Source: Prorocentrum cordatum
Lineage: Eukaryota
DNA: 64,000 nucleotides
Reading direction: 5' to 3'
NCBI GenBank assembly: GCA_963575745.1
Contig: CAUYUJ010000292.1
Span: 186,001-250,000 of the forward strand
Shown here: positions 1-13,237 of the stretch, piece after piece
Numbering within the stretch: position 1 is the first letter of the stretch
How the letters are laid out: each line of letters starts with the position of its first letter
Notes under the pieces: generated by a model
Database searches by the model: none
Seen by the model: only the letters and a program-made list of their open reading frames with translations
What the model was told of the DNA's origin: nothing
Position numbers and translations under genes: made by a program

Positions 1-1070
1 CCAAGGCCAGGATGACGTCGGCCGTGCCGATACCTAGATCATCTTCAAATGCTGCTGGAATTCCAAGAGACGGCGGTAATCTATTCTCGAGCATTTCCAA
101 GATGGGGTCCACGGTGAGGGCATACAAAGTTCCAAATAGAAGGCACCCCTGCCTGATCCCCCATCAGAACCGTGAAGAAACGTCCTCGGACATCTCCAAA
201 GACCACCTGGACTCGAATATCATTATACAACAGCTTGATAGCCTCCAAGTCTCTGGCATCGAGCTTCAAGACTGTCAGCACACAAATAATCATGGGATGC
301 AGCAAGGACGGGAAGACGGCCTAGTCGAACAGCAAAATTCTACCTCTGCGGCAACACTGCTGGGCAACCCAATGAAACACATAGCCTTCAAATTCTCGGT
401 CATCTGGCGCTCTGGGATGAAGCCCCGCTGTATGGGAGCACTACACACCTGGGCGACGTAGGAAATCGGCCTGTTGATCGCGTTAGAGATAAGTTGGTTG
501 CCGTTGTTGGCAAAGGCAATAGGACGGGAACACTCAGGGGCTCTCACAACCTTCTGCGAGTCTGCGAGTCTTCGGGGGCCTCACCCTGAGCCAGAAAGAC
601 ACCGAGAGCCTAATTCAAGTACGGATCTCCTAGATCACCTCCAAGAAGAGCGAGCTAAGCTTGTACAGAACCCCAACCGCCTCCGAACCAGCTCTGGAGA
701 ACGCGCTGTACGGGATCCCGTCAGGCCCAGGACTGGCATCGTGGGTTTGGGCGACCATGTCCTCCAACTCTTCAGGTTCAAGGACCCAATTCACCTCACG
801 TGGAAGCTCAGGCACATCGCATTCGTCGACTCGAAATCCCCTCCCGCCCTATGCACCTGACCCCAGTACTCAGCTACATACTTGCAGGCGTCATCTGGGT
901 CTGAGATCTGGAGCCCCGTAGGGTCGGCGATCGCCGATAGACTGATAACCCTCTGGTTCGCCCCCCAAGCGGCAGCCTACTGCGAAAGGCGGTGCATCTG
1001 TGCTTTCTTCTTGCTCTCAGGCACGTTGCTGTCCTCACTTCTTGCGCGCGAGCACGACATGACTGTCTGC
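1..1070 (-). mobile_element. Decayed non-LTR (LINE) retrotransposon, reverse transcriptase region
   Basis: Minus-strand translation across frameshifts gives ASPGPDGIPY (~700-740), RPIAFAN...QRGFIPERQMTEN (~400-530), GIRQGCLLFG (~130-160) and AFEDDL (degenerate FADD, ~35-55). It runs off the window start. Confidence 0.9.
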
Positions 1071-1078
1071 TTATATCA

Positions 1079-1187
1079 GAGAGAGCGTGATCCACCGCCG
1101 CCGCTTTACTGTGGAAAATTGCCGCCCTTTTCCTCGGGAACCCGGGAGTCCCCCCCCCCCCTCCGAAAATCCCCCCCCCCCTGCTGG

Positions 1188-1223
<36 letters not shown>

Positions 1224-2110
1224 CCCAAACCCCCCCCCTAACCCCCCCCCCTCCCCCCGGGGGGGTCACTACCGGTTCGAACCCCTCCCCACCCCCCCTC
1301 ACCGCCAGCAAACGACTCCCGGTCCCTACCACCGTCCTCACCACATCCCCCACTGTTGTTCCCAGCACCACTGTCCTCACCACCACTGTCCCCACTGGTT
1401 CCACCACCGCCCCTACTGTCCCCACCAGTGCCACCACCACTGTCGCACTGTCCCCACTGTCCCCACCACTGTTCCCACCACGGCCACTCTCCCAACTTTC
1501 TCCACGACTATCCCCACCCCCCACTGTCCCACTCTCACTGTCCCACCACTGTCCCCACTGTCCACCACCCCTGTACCTGTCCCATTGTCCCACCGCCGTC
1601 GTCGCCACCGCCTTCACCACTGTCCCACCACCACTGTACCCTCCACTGTCCTACTGTTTCCACCACATTCCCACTGTCCCCACACCACTGTCCCCACCAC
1701 CACCGTCCCCACAACTGTCCCACTGTCCCCACTGTTCCCACCATTGTCCTCACCATTGTCCCCACCACTACCGTCCCCACCACTGTCCCACTGTCCCCAC
1801 GACTGTCCCGCTGTCCCCTCACCACTGTCCCCACCACCACCGTCCCCACCACTGTCCGCACCCCTCTCGGTTTTCGAGGGGGGGGGGCGGTTCGAACCGG
1901 TGGTGACCCCCCCTGGTTTTCGAGTTCGAGGTGGCGGGGAGGGGGTTCGAACCGGTAATGACCCCCCCTTTTCATAATGAACTGGGGGGGAGGGGGGGAG
2001 GGGTTCGAACCGGTAGTGATCCCCCCCCGGTTTTCCGGAGGGGGGGGTGGGTTCGAACCCGTAGTGACCCCCCGCGGTTTTCCGCCAGCAGCGGTAGAAC
2101 ACGCTCTTTC
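1079..2110. mobile_element. Non-autonomous TIR DNA element inserted in the LINE
   Basis: Imperfect TIRs GAGAGAGCGTGATCCACCGC / GCGGTAGAACACGCTCTTTC. Flanking direct repeat TTATATCA at 1071-1078 and 2111-2118 (8 bp, or 10 bp if the terminal G/C are counted). Inverted subterminal GGTTCGAACC-containing repeats and a central CCACCACTGTCC array. Confidence 0.85.
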
Positions 2111-2118
2111 TTATATCA

Positions 2119-2625
2119 GCAAGGTGAGCATGAAAGGCATGTACTTTCGTCCACGTACAATTGGTACTACATATGAACTGCTCGCTGGGTTAGGCTGAAC
2201 ATGCTCTCCTGACTGAGCTTGCTCGCCCAGCGGCAAGGGCTCCCATCGCAGACAAGCGACCAGGCAATATACATACTCTGGCAGCGAGGATTTTCCTCGG
2301 ACCTCCAGTCAAGAATGCAAAGCCTTCGCTGCAGCGTGAATGAGATTCTTGAGCTCCGCAAGGGCCTCCCAGGGGTCGTCGTTGAAGGGGCCATGTTCTT
2401 CAAGAAGTCCTCTGAACACCTGTGGGTACTCGGGATGCTTCGAAAGCCAGGAGGGAACTTTGGTAGAACTTGGAGGCCCAGCCGTGCGTAACACAATGCA
2501 AACAGGCACGTGGTCCGAGGGGTGCTTCCAGTCGAAGGGGCTACCACAGAGGACACTGTTGGGGGCACAGTCGAGAAGCTTGGCTGAGTACGCGTTCATA
2601 TAGATCCTATCCAGACGGCCTGCCG
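2119..2625 (-). mobile_element. Same LINE: C-terminal part of APE-type endonuclease and linker
   Basis: Minus-strand GRLDRIYMNA (~2590-2620) followed by PSDHVPV, the conserved C-terminal APE motifs. Collinear with the RT once 1079-2110 is removed. Confidence 0.85.
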
Positions 2626-2964
2626 AAATGATAGGAGGAAGAGGATGAGGAGGAGGAGGAGGAGGTCGAGAATGAGGAGGAAGAGGAGGAGGTCGAGAAT
2701 GATGAAGAAAAGGAGGAGGAAGGGGAGGAGGAGGAGGATGTAGCGAGCGGTTTCACTGATCAACTGAGGGTACCAGGGCCAGACTAGGACGGCGCATCCC
2801 AAGCCGAGATGCCGCTTGCGCCACCCAGCCATCCCCAAACGCCCCCCCACCCCCGCGATCGCACTGCACTGGAGCCGCCCCCCCCTCAACGTTTTCTTCT
2901 CTCGCCCGCGCGCCCCGTGCACAGGGGCCAGGGGTACTTCTCTGGCCGCCGCGGCTGCACGCGC

Positions 2965-3036
2965 CTGCAGCCGCAGGATGGCCCCCTGCTGCTCCTCTAG
3001 CACGGCCTGCCCTCCCACGAAGGCGCGCTGGCACTC
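2965..3036 (-). CDS. Putative host-gene exon (ECQRAFVGGQAVLEEQQGAILRLQ), coiled coil
   Basis: 72 nt, phase 0, ccccag| acceptor and CAG|gc donor. Continues the helical pattern of the exons at 13008-13049 and 16956-17107. Confidence 0.65.
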
Positions 3037-3198
3037 CTGGGGTGAGGGCGAACTGGAGGGTGAAACTGACTGGCTCCGGCGGATTGGGGGGGGAGCACAT
3101 CGCCGGTACATCGGCGATGGGCCCCCGACAGCGACATTGGGGGTCGATGCGTCCCCCCCAGGAGCCCATCCCTCCCTAGCGCTGCCCTGGAGACGTCT

Positions 3199-3410
3199 CG
3201 GGGAGGCGTAAGACTCGAGTTTGGGGGACTCGAGTTGGCCTGACGGGGCCGTCAGAAAAATTGCGGGACCTGGTCTGAAATCCGAGGCGAGCTCCCGCTG
3301 CAAACGTCTCACGAGCACGGCACCGCCAGAACTCGCGCTGGGGCCGCTGGGGCCGTCAAGAAGCAGCGGCGGACCCGCGTTCGGGCAAACTCGGGCATCA
3401 CGTCTCCCCG
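3199..3410. mobile_element. ~210-bp MITE, paralogue of 13926-14134
   Basis: GGGGAGGCGTAAGACTCGAGT left end and AACTCGGGCATCACGTCTCCCC right end. The interior (ttggcctgacgg...gctcccgctgcaaacgtc) matches 13960-14045. Confidence 0.7.
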
Positions 3411-4443
3411 AATCTCCCACGAGACGATGCTTTCAGCCCCGGCGCTTGTCCCTCGGCTGCACCCTCTGGGGGCTGTCTTCGGGCCCGGGTACCCTCAAAA
3501 GCGGATCAGAGATTGCTCCCTGGAAAGGGGGCCACGGATTGAAAAACACAATAGTCGGATGTCTGGATCTGGCCCCCTTTCGAAGGTCCTCCGGAAGTGT
3601 GCTGCGCAGCGCCAACGTGTGCGTGTCCACCGAAGCCCTTCGATACCACGCAGACGGTGACGGTGTTAGAAAGGCAGCAAAGGCTGCGTGCTTCTCGGTG
3701 GAGCTGAACAGGGTAGACACACTTTCGGCTACAGCACGTCCTCAGAATCGTCGAACAATGAGGTAACCACATACACGGCTCGCACTCCCAGCGCGCGTGA
3801 AGGAAGCGGGTCCTTCCACCAGCCCTCTGGGCGTAGGTGGTCTGGGGAGGCTCCTCTTCCAACCCCCTCTTCTTCCCCTCTGGGAAGGGGTTTACCCCTC
3901 CCTCTGCCCCCTGGGCCTGGAGGGGGGAGGGTTCACGAGCGGCCAGAGCATCTACGGTGGCCCAAGGCGGCTCCAAGAGTCATTGCACCGACCTTGCAGA
4001 CGTGCTGCAGCGGATTGTGGCGCGGATTTATGTCTACGCAAAATCCCGAAACGGCGAGGGAAAAACGAAATGAATTTCACGTGAATCTGTTGTACGAAAA
4101 AATCCGCACGAACTTCACCTCGAAACCCGAAGCGAAATTCGCCAGGACACTCCGGGCCCATCCTGTCGTTTCCGAACGAGATCCGCTCTGCGATGCTGGC
4201 GCCATGACACGGGGGCCCCAGAGGAGCCCAAGATGACTCCCTCGTCCAAACAGGGGGTGCGAAGCCCCTGGGGGACCCCTCCTGGAAAACCCCCTTCCCG
4301 AAAACCCCCTCTTGGAACCCTCCGGGAAAGGCGCCCGCCGCCTGCAGGCCCCCCCCCCCGAAGCCCTCCGCGGGCCCCGGGGGGCCGCCGGGGGAGACGG
4401 CTCGGGGCGAGGAGCTGGCCACTGGGCCCTGGGGCTGGCCTCA

Positions 4444-4605
4444 GGTCGGGCGTGTCCCCCAACAGGCGGACTCTGGACAAATATAAAATGGTCAAAGAAT
4501 TCTCAAAACATGTGCTCTCACATCTATATATATGTATATATGTGTATATACATATATATATATATATACATATATATATTCCTCCTGTGAATGACACGCC
4601 CGACT
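4444..4605. mobile_element. GTCGGGCGTGTCC-family MITE, copy 1 (internal TA microsatellite)
   Basis: TIRs GGTCGGGCGTGTC...GACACGCCCGACT. Confidence 0.75.
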
Positions 4606-4936
4606 CAACGATAGCCCCGTGGCATGAGGGCCCGTGTCCCTCGGGGCCCCCCGGCCCTTCGCGGCGGCTCCTCCTCCGCGCGAGTGCAGCCCCCTGGGGC
4701 CCTCGGTGGAGCGACCTGCGGGGCCACGAGGCGCTGTGCTGGGCGCGCGTCCCGCGTGCGAGTGCAGCGCCCTGGGGCCTTCGGTGGAGTTTCCCAGGGG
4801 AGCGGGTGGGGGAGACGCACACTGATGAGGGCAGAAGCAAGGATGGGGGGCAGGGAGGAGGGAGGAGCGCGAGGGGGTGGGAGACGCGGGAGCTGTTTCT
4901 TCGAAACGAGGACCCAACGCCACAGGATGGTTGGGA

Positions 4937-6170
4937 AAAACTGTATGCGCGCACTTATGGTTCTTTTTCGCAGACAAGTTTCTTGTGTTTGTGGCAGGCA
5001 CCTTTGAATGATCGTTCTTAGAGGCGTGTTCTTTTGATAAATTTGATGGGATGTGTTGGCAAAGCCGAAACGCAGCGTGTTCTACGCAGTTTATTCTACG
5101 CAGCGTTTCTACGCAATGGTTTCCACGCAGTGTTCTCTACGTAGTGTTTTGTACGCGGTGGTTTCTACCTGGTGTTTTCTATGTTGTAGAGGTTACGTTG
5201 TGTGCTTGTTCGCTATTCTTGTTTGTCGGTTTGGCTTTACAATGTCACGCGACACGGTGTGGACATGCTGTACGATGTGTGTTTACGTAGTGCGTCTGTT
5301 TCGTAATGTCATCTTGCGATAGCGGAAGCATCGCTGTTTGCTGGAGTGCTCACAACTCCATGGTTAAAGGCGTCTGCCACAGGATCGCGAAATACCCCGC
5401 AGGTAGCTTCGGAGCGCTCCGACGGAAATTCCACATTCCTTCGCGCAAAGTGGCGTTCCTTTTGCAGACGCCGAATTTGTTTTGGAGCTGAGAGCCCTCG
5501 GGCAAACAGCAGGACAACGCAACGAACCAGACACTTGCTGCAGACAAGACGAGCCAGACCCTTGCTGCGAATGCCAAAACGAAACTGTCTGCGCGCACTT
5601 ATGATACTTCTTCGCTGACAAGTGGTTCTTGATTCTTATTCGCGAACAAACTTCTTATGTGCTTCGCAAGCGCATTCCAAATCTCGTTCTTAGAGTCGTG
5701 CGCTTACGGTCCAATGTGATGAGAGGTGTTGACAGCACCCAAAAGCAGTGTGTTCTACGCAGTGTGTTCTACGCCGTATTGTCTACGACATGTCTTATAC
5801 AGGGTGGTTTCCGCAGGCACCTTTTTTTACGATCGCTCGTGGAGGCGTGTCCCCTTGTGGTGGAGTGTGATGGGAGGAGGTGCCAAAGCCCAAACGCAAC
5901 GTTGTCTACGCAGTGTGTTCTACGCAATGTGTTCTGCGTGGTGTGTTTTACGCAGTGCTTTCAACGTTGAGTATGTGTGTGGTATTACATGTTGTGTGTT
6001 ACGCTGTGTTTGTTCGCCATGTTGGTTTGACGATGTCATGCGGTACTGTGTAGATGCATGGTTTATTTGGTCAGATGTGTTGCATGGTTTGTGTTGCGTG
6101 ATATGTGTGCACGCTATGTGCTATACACCGTGTGGCTTATGTTGTGGTTTGTTTATTCCGTGGTATGCTT
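4937..6170. repeat. Degenerate GTGTTCTACGCA-type short-repeat region with an internal duplication
   Basis: Many ctacgcagtgtgtt variants. 4937-4990 is duplicated at 5582-5630. Related tract at ~7975-8520, and inverted versions (AAACACTACGTA) at ~8560-8600 and 9530-9800. Confidence 0.6.
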
Positions 6171-6674
6171 CGAAGTCATGCAATAACCTCAGGAAACCAG
6201 TAAGGAACCCCCTGAGTTAGCATTAGCATTGAAACAAACATAAAGAAATCCCGGGGACGGATGTAACGGAGCGGGAGCACCAAGCCGAACCAAATCGCAA
6301 CAACTAAATAATCATTGTCCCCCACCCCCCCGCGACCGACATCTACAGTAAGGATTGGCGGTAAGAACGCAGGACCCTTGAACGCCGAAGATGGCGAACT
6401 GCCAACACCCTAGGGGCTGGCCAGTGGAAACCTCATTGCCAACTTCCTCCTCCGTTTCTCTTCATCTTCGCCGCCCCTTTCCTATGCGACTCCTTTTGCA
6501 ATCCCCAAGGAGAATTTGTTTGTTGTCGGCCGTTCTGTAGGGGGGTTCGCCCCAAGGTATCGCACCCGCCCCGCACGGAGCGTTATCGTATCACCGGGGA
6601 GCTCCTAAAATAATGGATTCCCGCCCCTAACTAAGCGGCAGAAGTAATCGTATGAATAATACTGAATAAAAATC

Positions 6675-7695
<1,021 letters not shown>

Positions 7696-8730
7696 ACCTC
7701 CCGTCCACAGCCTATCGGTGGAAATATTTAGTAGCAGTGCCAGTAGCATTCCTCCTCATCCACCTCCTCCTCACTCCTCCTCCTCCTCCTCCTCCTCCTC
7801 CTCCTGCTCCTGCTCCTCCTCGCCACATTCGAAGGTTGCTGGGGGCTCCAGAGGAGTGCTGAGCAACGGCAAAAAGCCAGGGTGCCAGGATAACGCTTCC
7901 GGGTGCTGGATGCATCATCGTTTCATCGGAAGGGGGGGAGAGGGTGGGGGCTCCTTCATTACCGGATGAGGCTACTGCGTAGGTGCTGTTGCGTTACGTT
8001 GTGACTGTTCGCGCTGTGTGCTTACGTGGTGGTTTTGTTGTACGTAGTGCTTGTTATGGTGTGTCGGTTTACACTTGTGTTTGTCTTACACGCTGTGGTT
8101 TGTACTTGGCGTTGTTTTACGATGTGCCACGATGATTATTGGACGCATTGACATGGTGCGTTCAACGCTGTGGTTACGCTGTGTGTACTATGTTGTCTTT
8201 TGCGTCTACTGTATACTCGGTGTTGTTTTACGATGCCCTGCAATACTTTGTAGGCGCTGCTGTTTACGTGTTGCTTGTCTGCGCGGTGTGGTTACGTGGT
8301 GCTGTTACGTGGTGTTTTGTTTCGCTGTCTTTTTACGCTGTGATGTTCCACGTGTGTATTGACTTGGCGTTGGTGTACGATGTGTTGCGATGTTGTTTTC
8401 AAGTGTTGGTTACGTGGTGGTGCGCACGAGTGCGTGTTTTACGCAGTGTGCTTTAAAGCTGTGGTCTGTGTGGTTTACACTACGCTGTTACATGCTTGAT
8501 GTTCCTTTACGATGCCCTGCAATAAAACAACAAACCATAAAACATCAAAGCCTAAAGCAACACAGCGTAGAAAACACTGCGTAGAAAAGACATCTTAGAA
8601 AACACTTGCCCGAGAGCTCTTAGCTACAAAATGACAGGCGCCTGCATAAGGACAACTTCTTATTTTTTTGCTCGTGGCTCGGCCGCCTCGGACCCGCTGC
8701 ACGCCAAGAAACGCCGTGCCGAGAGCTATA

Positions 8731-8975
8731 CTAGAGGCCTCCTAGATGGGGTCCGAGTAGACGGGGTCGGAGGATCGCACCGCATCGCCGATACATCGGC
8801 GATGCATCGGCGTTGCATCGGCGATGCACTGGCGACGTCAGCGATGCATCGGCGACGTCGGCGTGGAGAAAGTTGAGCCCCACATCGAGCCGCATCGCCG
8901 ATGCATCGCCGATGCATCGACGATGCGGCACGATCCTCCGACCCCATCTGCTCCGACCCCATCTTGGAGCTCTGG
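8731..8975. mobile_element. Palindromic MITE-like element with CATCGGCGATG internal units
   Basis: CTCCTAGATGGGGTCCGAGTAGACGGGGTCGGAGGATCG pairs with CGATCCTCCGACCCCATCTGCTCCGACCCCATCTTGGAG. The 11-bp internal units flip orientation at the centre. Confidence 0.75.
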
Positions 8976-10844
8976 ATCTGCACGTGTAGGCGCCCGGGGT
9001 GCTGAAAGGGTGCCTCCTGTCGCCGGTTGCCGTTGTCTGATAAGGTCACACCTGCCCGGCTGGCCTCCGGAGCGGGCCTCTGGGGGCCTACACACTGGTC
9101 ACTTTTGGAACATCCTTTCGCCCCCCCCCTGGGGAAGAGAGGTGACAGGGGGGGAGGGAGGGGAAGGGAAAGGAGGGAGTGGAAGGGAGAGAAGGGGAAG
9201 GAGGTGCGGGAGGGGAAAGGAGGTGAGAGGGGGAGGGGTGAGGGGAAGGGAAAGGAGGTGAAAGAGGGGGGAGGGAGGGGAAGGGGGCGGGAACGGATCC
9301 AAAACGGCTGCGCGGAGAGGAGCTCGCGCAGTCCAGGCTGGGTGGGCAGGGGAAGCAGAAAGTGGAATGACTTTTGGTTGGCCTGCGTATGCCCATCTGT
9401 CGCCGAGGCGTATCCCCACCCCTGTGTCCGTGCTGGAGGGACGGAGGGTGGGGGAAAGCGGTCTCGGTAAACTTGGGGGTGGAGTTGAAAAAAAGCTATT
9501 TGCGGGAAGGGATAATTATTGGATGCGCGTGCAAACACTACGTAGCAAACACTACGTAGTAAAACACTACGTAGCAAAACACTACGTTGTAAACACAACG
9601 TAGTAACCACTACGTAGTACGCACAGTGTCGAAAACACTACATTGTAAACACGACGTAGAAAACACTACGTAATAAACACGAATTACGTAAAGAACACCG
9701 AGTGGAGAACATTACGTAGTCAGCACTACGTAGAAAACACTCCGTAGAAGACACTACGTATAAGGAAATAAGTAGAAAACAATACGTAGAAAGGACTGCG
9801 TAGTTTAAGTAATTTAAGTGTTAAGGTTTCTACTTCACTGTCAAGAGAACCCTTGGGGGAGGGGTGTTCGAACCCCCCACCTCGGACTGCACTCTCACGA
9901 TGGAGCCCCCCCTGGACTTTTGACGGGGGGCTGGGGGGAGGGTTGGGAACCCCACCTTTACTTCCCCCAGCGTACTTGGAATACGCTCCGTCAGAGGCAA
10001 GCGACAAACCTCCCCAGGGGCCAAGCTCTTGTCCAGGCCCAACCCCTTGGCGACCAGAGCAGGGCGCATGCGCAAAGTCGGAGGCGACCAGGGGGTCTGA
10101 GCTCGAGAGAAAGTCGGCCAAGAGGAGGGGGACGATGGCAAATCCGCTGGACATCGGTCCCGCTGGTCCCCTCCCGGGCTCCTCCTCATCCTCCTCCTCG
10201 CTCGCTCGCTCTCGCCCGCCCGCTCGCCCGCCCGCTCGCTCGCTCGCGCGTGGCCGTTGTGGGCGCCCTGTGGCCGCGCGCACAACGGGCAGCCGCCGTG
10301 GGCGGCCCGCCGGCCCCGGCGGCCCGCCCACGGCCCCCCGAGGCCAAGAGAGGGGGGGGGCCAGCGCCTCGAGCCTGCCCCCGGTGGTCGGGGGGGGCGC
10401 GCGGGCACGGGCCGCAGGTCCGCCGGTGCGGTAGGGGGGCTGCGCGGCAGGGCTGCGAGGGCCTCGGGCGCCCCGCTCGAAGCCTCCTCGAGCGGGGCGC
10501 GGCCAGCGAGGGCGGCGCGGGATGGGCCGGGGAGGCAGGGATGCGGGGGTGCCCTCGGGAGGGTTGCCCCTCCTTGCTGTGCGGGCTGGCTGCAGCGATT
10601 CATGGGTTTGGCGCGCGGTCGCCGAATCCATGGATCGGGGGAGGTGCCCGCCCCAAAATGCGGCCCGTGTCGGCTCGTTCGGCGGCGGAAGTCCGCGGTT
10701 CCCCACGGGAACGCCCGTCGCTGATCCACGCCCCCTTAGTCCATGTTTGCGATCGCCTGACCAATGCTGGGCCCATCTCACACCCCAAGCCGACCTCAAG
10801 CAAAAAACACAGATTGCCGATCTCGGAGGCCTACAGCGGGTTTA

Positions 10845-11000
10845 GGTCGGGCATTCCCCCGTACAGGCTGATTTCGGGAGCGAGAGATGCAAAAGAGCCC
10901 AAAAAATACAAAAAAACACTCAAAAACGATGAAGAGATCGCCCCCCGAAGATTTTGGGACCGTTTTTGAACACTCCTCCTGTAGAGGGGCGTGCCTGACC
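10845..11000. mobile_element. GTCGGG-family MITE, copy 2
   Basis: TA|GGTCGGGCAT...CCTGTAGAGGGGCGTGCCTGACC|TA. Confidence 0.75.
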
Positions 11001-11160
11001 TAACGACAGGTGTGTCGGGGTCGGAGCTGCACCGCCCTTCCCACACACACACACCCTCGCCCTCCTCGAAGGCGCGAGGGGCGAGCGAGCGGTGGGGCGA
11101 GCGAGCGAGACCGAATCGAGGGCAAGCGTTGTTCGGGGGGGACGACAGGGGGGGACGACA

Positions 11161-11331
11161 AAGGGCAGGGTTGAGAATCAGCTCACGTGGCTGATGTTCC
11201 CGGCGCCTCCCGGCGCCGGGAGGCGCCCAAGTATCGAGGAATGGGCCCGGCGGCGGGGCCGAGACCAGCTGCATGCAGCAGATTTCATAACGCACCCCCC
11301 TTTCCCTATCCCCCCCTCTCATTCGGCCCGA
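11161..11331 (+). repeat. Dispersed repeat with a 26-bp perfect palindrome core
   Basis: ATCAGCTCACGTGGCTGAT...GGCGCCTCCCGGCGCCGGGAGGCGCC...CGGCGGCGGGGCCGA. Near-identical copy at 48844-48997; diverged copies at ~13245-13290, 13557-13650 and 41736-41800. Confidence 0.8.
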
Positions 11332-11551
11332 GTTATGTTGCCCCCATTGTACTTAAGGGCCACATCCAAGAAATAATTTCGAGCACCCGGAAAAGTGTCG
11401 AAACGGTGTCGAAACAGCGTCGGACGAGTGTCTCCCAGGGCCCGACACGTGAAAACCCTCGAGTTTCGGTAGTGTTCTGGTGCTCGAAATTATTTCTGGC
11501 GATCAAGGCTAAAGTCGGTTGGAACAAGCGAGCGAGGGGCGAGCTAGGGTT

Positions 11552-12269
11552 AGTCGGGCATGTCCTCCTACAGGCGGCAGTCGAGCGAACTGTGGATGGA
11601 AAGTTGTGAGTAGTCCATATATATATATATATATGCATATACATGTACATGTACATGTGCATATGCATATGCATGTGCACATACACATACACATACACTT
11701 ACACATACACTTACACGTACACATACTCATACACATACACCTACACCTACACCTACACATACACATAGACATATACATACACATACATATATACATACAC
11801 ATATGCATATACATATACATATACAGTTACGTATACATATACATATACGTACGCATGTACATATATATAGACACATACATATACATCTACATGTGTATAT
11901 ATGCATGTATACATGCATATACATATACATGTGCACATACATATACATATACATATACGTATACATATGCATGTACATATGCATATACGTATATATACAT
12001 AGACCTACACATACACATGCACATACACATATACACATACATGCATACATACACACATACATACACACATACATACATACATGCGTACGTACGTACGTAC
12101 GTACGTACGTACATACGTACGTACATACGTACATGCATGCATGCATGCATGCATGCATACATACATATACACACATATATATATATATATATATAAAATC
12201 GAAACATCGTCCCCACGCTATTGTTTGCTGTGTTTGGAATACTCGCCCTGCAGAGGCACACGCCCGACT
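11552..12269. mobile_element. GTCGGG-family MITE, copy 3, expanded by ~580 bp of (TA)/(CATA)/(TACA) microsatellite
   Basis: AGTCGGGCATGTCCTCCTACAGG...CCTGCAGAGGCACACGCCCGACT bracketing the 11617-12195 microsatellite. Confidence 0.7.
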
Positions 12270-12626
12270 CAGAGCTGGGCGCGAGCGAGCGAGCGACGCG
12301 CGAGGGGGCCGCGAGACTCTCCCCGCAGGCGGAGCGTGCCGCGCCGGAATGAGTAACAGCGCCACGCCACCATCGAGCCGCATCGGGTCGTCGGAATATC
12401 TGAATCGAATCGCATCGAGCTGGCCGGAATCGACATCGAATCGGATCAATCTGATCGAAATGGACCTTGCCTGTAGACTCACGTCCGACCAGCAAATAAC
12501 AACGTGATTGTTCATTGCTATCGGTGCGGTATGGCTGGAAAGCGCCCGCCGCGGTGATTCTACTGCGAAGCGCTTCTATGTACACATCGCCACTGCGGGA
12601 CCAAACCAAGCGCTGAACGAAAATTG

Positions 12627-12802
12627 GGTCGGGCACGTCCTCCTACAGGCGGATTTTGGACGGCAGATCAAAAATACTTCAAAAATGAGCCAAAATGATC
12701 CGAAAATCCTCCCCAGGCTATTTTTCCCCTATTTTTGCACAGTCCTCCTTCATATATATATATATATATATACATACATACATACATACATACATACATA
12801 CA

Positions 12803-12835
<33 letters not shown>

Positions 12836-12874
12836 GCATATTTACATATATATATATGAGGCACACGCCCGACT
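12627..12874. mobile_element. GTCGGG-family MITE, copy 4 (microsatellite inside the right TIR)
   Basis: GGTCGGGCACGTCCTCCTACAGG...TCCTCCT[(TA)n(CATA)n]GAGGCACACGCCCGACT. Confidence 0.7.
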
Positions 12875-13007
12875 GAAAACCAACACGCGTGGGCGGTGCC
12901 GAGGCACTGGCGCGGAGCCCGGCGCCGACCCGGGAGAGGTCGGCGCGGGCGCCCGCGAGCAAGCTCCGTGCCTGCCGCGCTGCTTTTGGGGGGGCCTCCC
13001 CGAGCTC

Positions 13008-13049
13008 CTGCAGCCTCGCGAGCGCCTCCACCATGTGCGCCCTCACCTC
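13008..13049 (-). CDS. Putative host-gene micro-exon (EVRAHMVEALARLQ)
   Basis: 42 nt, phase 0, pyrimidine-rich tract + AG acceptor, CAG|ga donor. Confidence 0.6.
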
Positions 13050-13094
13050 CTCGCGGGGGGGACGGAAGGGGGGGGATGGCAAAGGGCAGGGTAG

Positions 13095-13237
13095 CCGACC
13101 AGCCATGACTGGGGGAGCTGTGCTCCTTACCCCCCTGGGGGAACCCATCGCCTCGACGATCCCTCGAGAGGGGTGTCGAGATCGATGAGTCCCCCAGGGG
13201 GGTAAGGACCACAGCTCCCCCAGTTGTGGCTGGCCTG
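13095..13237. mobile_element. 143-bp fold-back MITE with a 6-bp TSD
   Basis: ~50-bp TIRs (CCAGCCATGACTGGGGGAGCTGTG...CACAGCTCCCCCAGTTGTGGCTGG). GGGTAG on both flanks. Empty-site paralogue at 11161-11185. Confidence 0.8.

Noticed and set aside
1880..2075. tRNA genes or B-box SINEs from GGTTCGAACC matches
   Set aside because: There is no cloverleaf or A-box context. The motifs are iterated subterminal repeats of the TIR element.
3430..3990. LINE ORF1-like fragment on the minus strand
   Set aside because: It looks protein-like but has no diagnostic motif, and it is separated from the endonuclease by a probable host exon.
4815..4940. Hammerhead ribozyme (CTGATGAG...CGAAAC)
   Set aside because: The core words are present, but I could not build a convincing stem II, stem III or NUH cleavage site.
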